Source: Candidatus Harrisonbacteria bacterium (GTDB lineage Bacteria; Patescibacteriota; Minisyncoccia; UBA6257; 1-14-0-10-44-23). From it: a DNA stretch of 64,000 nt. The notes below the pieces were generated by a model. It did no database searches. It saw only the letters and a list, made by a program, of their open reading frames with translations, and had not been told where the DNA came from. The translations under genes were made by a program, and so were the position numbers. The stretch covers positions 39,734 through 103,733 of the forward strand of contig JAHFLF010000002.1 of assembly GCA_023255625.1 (NCBI GenBank). Reading direction: 5' to 3'. Below are positions 60,030 through 64,000 of the stretch, one piece after another. Each line of letters begins with the position of its first letter. Position 1 is the stretch's first letter.

Positions 60030-60725
60030 CTACTTTCTCATCTCCTCTCCCCAGCGGCCAAGAAAACGCGCCGCCTGATCCTTACCGCCCAGACCAAAGG
60101 CCAATCCGCCGGCCAGAGCCAGCATAGCAATGAGCCCAGTAACTAAAGTTTGGATGATGCCGGTGTTAACTCCGACCTGCGGCAAAGCCGTCAGGAAACC
60201 GAAAACAACGACAACCCACCAGACTAATACACCAAGACCTCGGGCGTGATGCAACTTTGCACCAGCCACCGAAGCGGTAACCAGGTTACGAAGGAAGTTG
60301 GCAACAACCATTGCAGCCAGCATAATCAAGGTCGCGATGATGACATTCGGGATAAAGGCCAAAACGCTCTTCAAGAAATCCGAGAAGGCGCCAAATTTGA
60401 GAATCTCCGAAGCCGCGAGCAGGAATGCCACGACGATAAACCAATAAACTAGCTTACCGACAAACACGCCGACATTCAGCTTGATGTTGGCGCGCTCCAG
60501 GTAACCCTCAACCTCTGCCTTGCGCATGACCGAATCAATTCGCAGATAGTGGACAATGCGCTCCACCAGCTTTTCCAGCAATGAGGCGATGATTAAACCG
60601 ATAATAAAAACAACCACCGCGCCAATCAGCGCCGGCAAGAAAGAAACAACCGTGCTCCACAAACCGGAAAGCGAATTACCAGTAGTGTTAATCCATTCGT
60701 TAAAAATCGTGCTGTCTGGGTACAT
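60030..60725 (-). CDS. TM-helix repeat membrane protein (MscS N-terminal/CmpX-like)
   Basis: FLPALIGA.. and FIPNVIIA.. repeats; GLAFGLGGKD. Confidence 0.88.
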   Translation of the reverse strand: MYPDSTIFNEWINTTGNSLSGLWSTVVSFLPALIGAVVVFIIGLIIASLLEKLVERIVHYLRIDSVMRKAEVEGYLERANIKLNVGVFVGKLVYWFIVVAFLLAASEILKFGAFSDFLKSVLAFIPNVIIATLIMLAAMVVANFLRNLVTASVAGAKLHHARGLGVLVWWVVVVFGFLTALPQVGVNTGIIQTLVTGLIAMLALAGGLAFGLGGKDQAARFLGRWGEEMRK

Positions 60726-60902
60726 ATAGTTAGTGAATGTAATATTAATTGATAGTTTTTGTAATATGCGCTGCCACGGGTTGTCCTAAGAAACAGGACT
60801 AATTCGACCGTTCCCGTTTTCTTTACTCATATAAGTATAACCCCGCCAGTAACAGGCGCAAGCATATTTCATGCACAGCCCCGTTGATCCTATAAATTTG
60901 TA

Positions 60903-61328
60903 CTACTGAATCCGCGAAACCAGTAGACCCAATAGGTTTTTGACCGCCCATTGCGCGTCTCTTTCTGTAGCGCTAGTGGTAAATCGTTGCCAAGACGCCA
61001 GTATCTCCTCGTCCTCGAGATCGCGGACGGCGCTTTCCAGTTTCAAACGGGTCTCAAAATCAATCTCGTTATCGGCCTTCAGCACCTTATCAATAAAAAG
61101 CTGGGTGAAGGCCAGGACTTTAGTATTCGTAGCGGCCGCCGTCTGTCGACTTTGAACACGCACAAGCTCCTGGCCGACATCTTTGTAAGCCAGGAAAAAA
61201 TACGCCGAGAGCATGGCGAGCAGAACAATCACGATGCCGGCCAGAATATCTATGCCGGTAACATGGCTGGTCAGGAAGGATTTTAGGGTAACTTCCTTTT
61301 CAATTTTCGAGAGAGTAATTTTTTCCAT
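60903..61328 (-). CDS. Single-TM hypothetical protein
   Basis: TM then FTQLFIDKVLKAD.EIDFETRLKLE. Confidence 0.7.
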   Translation of the reverse strand: MEKITLSKIEKEVTLKSFLTSHVTGIDILAGIVIVLLAMLSAYFFLAYKDVGQELVRVQSRQTAAATNTKVLAFTQLFIDKVLKADNEIDFETRLKLESAVRDLEDEEILASWQRFTTSATERDAQWAVKNLLGLLVSRIQ

Positions 61329-61366
61329 AGTAGCTAGTAATAACAAGTGATAACTATTGCCTGGCC

Positions 61367-63334
61367 TTACGGCAGGCCCTGAACATCCTCCCTTCTTGGC
61401 GGCCCTACTCCGAGGAGAAGTCGTTCACGGCGTTCTCTTAGTTTATCACGGTAGAAATTGTAGACCAGGAGAAGGAAAACGATGAGCAGCATAATCTCTT
61501 TCCAATCCAGAGACTTTAGCAATTGGAAACTAGTGGCCAGCTCAATATTTTCATGAACTGCCCGGCCATCCTGCACGATAAACGGCTTGCCTTCGTGAAC
61601 TGAATACCCCGGCGCTTCGACCTTGATTTGATACCAGCCCTGTGGAACTAAAAATGAGTACTGCCCCGTCTGATCAGTAATTTGCGGATTCACCTGCTGG
61701 AATTCTGCGGCCGGCCATGGCTTATATGTGTCTGTTGTCGGGTCAAGCCAGGAAAGCGTTACTATTGCCCCGGGCACGCGCACCTCTTTACCACCTGGAG
61801 CCAATTCATAAACATATCCCTCCGGATCAACTACGGTAACCATTTTCAGTAACTGATCGCCGAGTTTTACATCTTGATAGGAAATCAGAGTGAGTACCTC
61901 GTACTCTCCGCTAGCTACTGGTGCATCTACCTGTGCAGTATAAATACCGTCCTGATCCGGGTCGGTGAATTCAAATTCAGATAAAACTAATGCTGTTTGA
62001 GCGGCTTCGGCGGCATGCGCCGTACTAACACCAAAAAAATCTGCCAGTGGCTGCTCTAGCTGCACGCCAGAGATAACACGATTACGGAATACAATATACC
62101 CTTTCACGCTACTGGCTGAATATTGTGGACGAACAGAGAGTGTTAAAGTTTTACCGACTAAAGTTCGGATTACTTGTTCGCTCTCGCCGCCAGAAGTCAG
62201 GTGCAGGTTTGGTGAAATATCAATTAGCCCACCGGCAAATTTTGCAAATAAAACTCCTTTCGGAAATTTCGCGCGCAGATCAGGCGTCAGTTCAGCAATT
62301 TGCAATGATTTGCCTCCGGAAACTTTTCCGCCAGAAACTGCGGTAATGGGTAGGCGGAGTACATCGGTCAGCCCGGGCATTTTCAAAGAAATTTTCCGCA
62401 GCTTCTCCAGGTCACCGAAACGATTAATCCCGACCTCGGCAAAAAGCTTGCCCAGCTGCGGCACCTGGCCGGCTAAGTTGCGCAATTCTTCCGGAAGCGG
62501 CCGGAAGACAAATTCGTTGAGTACCTCGCGGGAAATCAACCGCCATTTTGCTTGAAAGGCCAGCGGCGAATTTTTTGGAACAACATCTTCCAGTGGCACT
62601 TTGCCGATAACTAACGGCGGCGGCTTTGGCTGAAAAATCCCGCTGATTACATCTACAATTTTATCAATAATGCCGACCGGCGGTTGCTCGACCGGAGTTA
62701 CGATAATTCCCGGTGGCGGCATGGCCGGTGACGGCCCAGGACTGATATATATTGGTGGCGCATAGCTACTACCACCGCCACCGCTGGCGGCATGGAAAGC
62801 TTGAGGAAATGCCGAAACCTCCAGCGAGGTCGCGACAACGCTGCCGCTCTCTTTTACCCGAACAACAAAATAGTACTGTTGCGAAAAAGACAGATTAGAA
62901 ATAATCGCCGAAAGTCCGCTTTGGCCGCTAGCAAAGGTGTATGGCCCGCCGCTAGTCAGCGAAACACCCGGTTCATAACTCGGGCTATTAACCTCCTGCG
63001 CCGCAGTCCAAGTCAGTGTTACATCGCCGTAATCCGGCCCGCTGATTGCAGTTACAACCGGCGCCACAACATTTACACCAACTCCGGCCTCGCCAGGAAC
63101 TATCTGAAAACCGGTTGAAGTTGCTTTGCTACCGGAAATAAACGGGATTCCTCCCTGAACTCGAAAACTGGTCGAAGTGGAAACGCCGCTCAATTCTTCA
63201 ATGCTTGGATTTCTAACCTTAAAGTTTGAAGACGAAAAATCTGCAGCAAAAATTGGCGATGCGCCAAGTAGACCAATGAGTCCGGCCAGACCTATCAGCC
63301 CTATCGGTCGTATAAGCCGCGTGCGGAAAATCAT
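61367..63334 (-). CDS. Surface protein with FN3-like and carboxypeptidase-regulatory-like domains, C-terminal TM
   Basis: VTLTWT..YYFVVR; DPDQDGIYTA; DPEGYVYE; NPQITDQTGQYSFLVPQG. Confidence 0.8.
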   Translation of the reverse strand: MIFRTRLIRPIGLIGLAGLIGLLGASPIFAADFSSSNFKVRNPSIEELSGVSTSTSFRVQGGIPFISGSKATSTGFQIVPGEAGVGVNVVAPVVTAISGPDYGDVTLTWTAAQEVNSPSYEPGVSLTSGGPYTFASGQSGLSAIISNLSFSQQYYFVVRVKESGSVVATSLEVSAFPQAFHAASGGGGSSYAPPIYISPGPSPAMPPPGIIVTPVEQPPVGIIDKIVDVISGIFQPKPPPLVIGKVPLEDVVPKNSPLAFQAKWRLISREVLNEFVFRPLPEELRNLAGQVPQLGKLFAEVGINRFGDLEKLRKISLKMPGLTDVLRLPITAVSGGKVSGGKSLQIAELTPDLRAKFPKGVLFAKFAGGLIDISPNLHLTSGGESEQVIRTLVGKTLTLSVRPQYSASSVKGYIVFRNRVISGVQLEQPLADFFGVSTAHAAEAAQTALVLSEFEFTDPDQDGIYTAQVDAPVASGEYEVLTLISYQDVKLGDQLLKMVTVVDPEGYVYELAPGGKEVRVPGAIVTLSWLDPTTDTYKPWPAAEFQQVNPQITDQTGQYSFLVPQGWYQIKVEAPGYSVHEGKPFIVQDGRAVHENIELATSFQLLKSLDWKEIMLLIVFLLLVYNFYRDKLRERRERLLLGVGPPRREDVQGLP

Positions 63335-63349
63335 TCTAAAAGTATAACA

Positions 63350-63829
63350 CTACTTCTTGTTCTGCTGATAGTTCGCGATGGACTTAACTACATTACTGTC
63401 GCTGCGCAGGTCTTCAACAAGCAAAATCTGGTCGCGGTTGATGTACATTTTATCGGTCGGCCCGTGCAATTCAGCGCCCAACTTTATGAGCGAAAGAATT
63501 GGCTCCGGATCCGGATTTTTCTTAGTCGTTGGCTGCACCTGTTGATGCAAATAATAAATATCCTCGAGCTCAACAAACTGACTGCTCAAACTGTTTGTGA
63601 TTTTGCCAAAATAAACCTGGTTGTTGACCAAAAAAACCGCCTGGTAATCACTGGATTTAACCACAACGGCCGGCTCGACAACTGGCGCTGCACGATCCAA
63701 GGACGGAATGGTAAATCCCGCCAAAAGCAAATAAGAGACAACGGCCAAAGCAATCGCGACAACCAAAATCAAAATTACCAACGACTTCTTCGAGCTGCGC
63801 TTTTTTGTGTTATCTATATTTTCCTCCAT
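63350..63829 (-). CDS. Conserved CPR membrane-anchored protein (Sm-like fold suspected)
   Basis: YQAVFLVNNQVYFGKI..LIKLGAELHGPTDKMYINRDQIL. Confidence 0.8.
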   Translation of the reverse strand: MEENIDNTKKRSSKKSLVILILVVAIALAVVSYLLLAGFTIPSLDRAAPVVEPAVVVKSSDYQAVFLVNNQVYFGKITNSLSSQFVELEDIYYLHQQVQPTTKKNPDPEPILSLIKLGAELHGPTDKMYINRDQILLVEDLRSDSNVVKSIANYQQNKK

Positions 63830-64000
63830 AGTCAATAAAAAATTAAGAAACTAATGCTGAAAGTGTATTCTAAATATAGCACACGCTATACTGGTTTCCT
63901 AAAACCTGGCTGCTTGTGGATAAACTCTACTGCTATTCCCTTTCCAGAACTTTGATAATTTTTCCGATTATATCTTTCTTGTTAACCAAACCAAACTGCG

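Overview
64 kb of chromosome from a Patescibacteria (CPR), most likely Parcubacteria-type, bacterium. Support: short AlaRS, archaeal-type PyrH, PaaX/Cas2-like regulator, large S-layer-like protein, and SD-less or leaderless housekeeping genes. Left to right: a surface-glycan modification cluster (0.4-15.2 kb); a tRNA-Ser nested inside the remains of a second tRNA-Ser; pyrH and groESL; three secreted proteins sharing a 61-aa leader but with unrelated cargoes; trxB/grx/dsbA; a second glycan locus with an O-antigen-ligase/O-OTase-like gene next to the S-layer-like gene; alaS, rpoD, dnaG, rpmB, tRNA-Pro; an accessory island; then leuS, tatD, tRNA-Pro, paaX-like, cca, tRNA-Arg and surface proteins. 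The best candidate for an undescribed system is the island at 48.4-53.3 kb. It is an array of very GC-rich single-gene units (two lipoproteins, a coiled-coil membrane protein, a planctomycete-like HTH protein). Each has its own AT-rich near-consensus sigma70 promoter and a strong SD, and two share a 203-bp 3' trailer. The units are punctuated by hairpins with a constant ~30-nt core and unique ~20-bp arms, the inverse of an attC site. A covarying copy of that hairpin lies 23 kb away. Similar GC-rich, SD-led units occur singly at 1-0.4, 40.0-40.6 and 46.6-47.4 kb. All family assignments are from motif recognition by eye; no searches were run.
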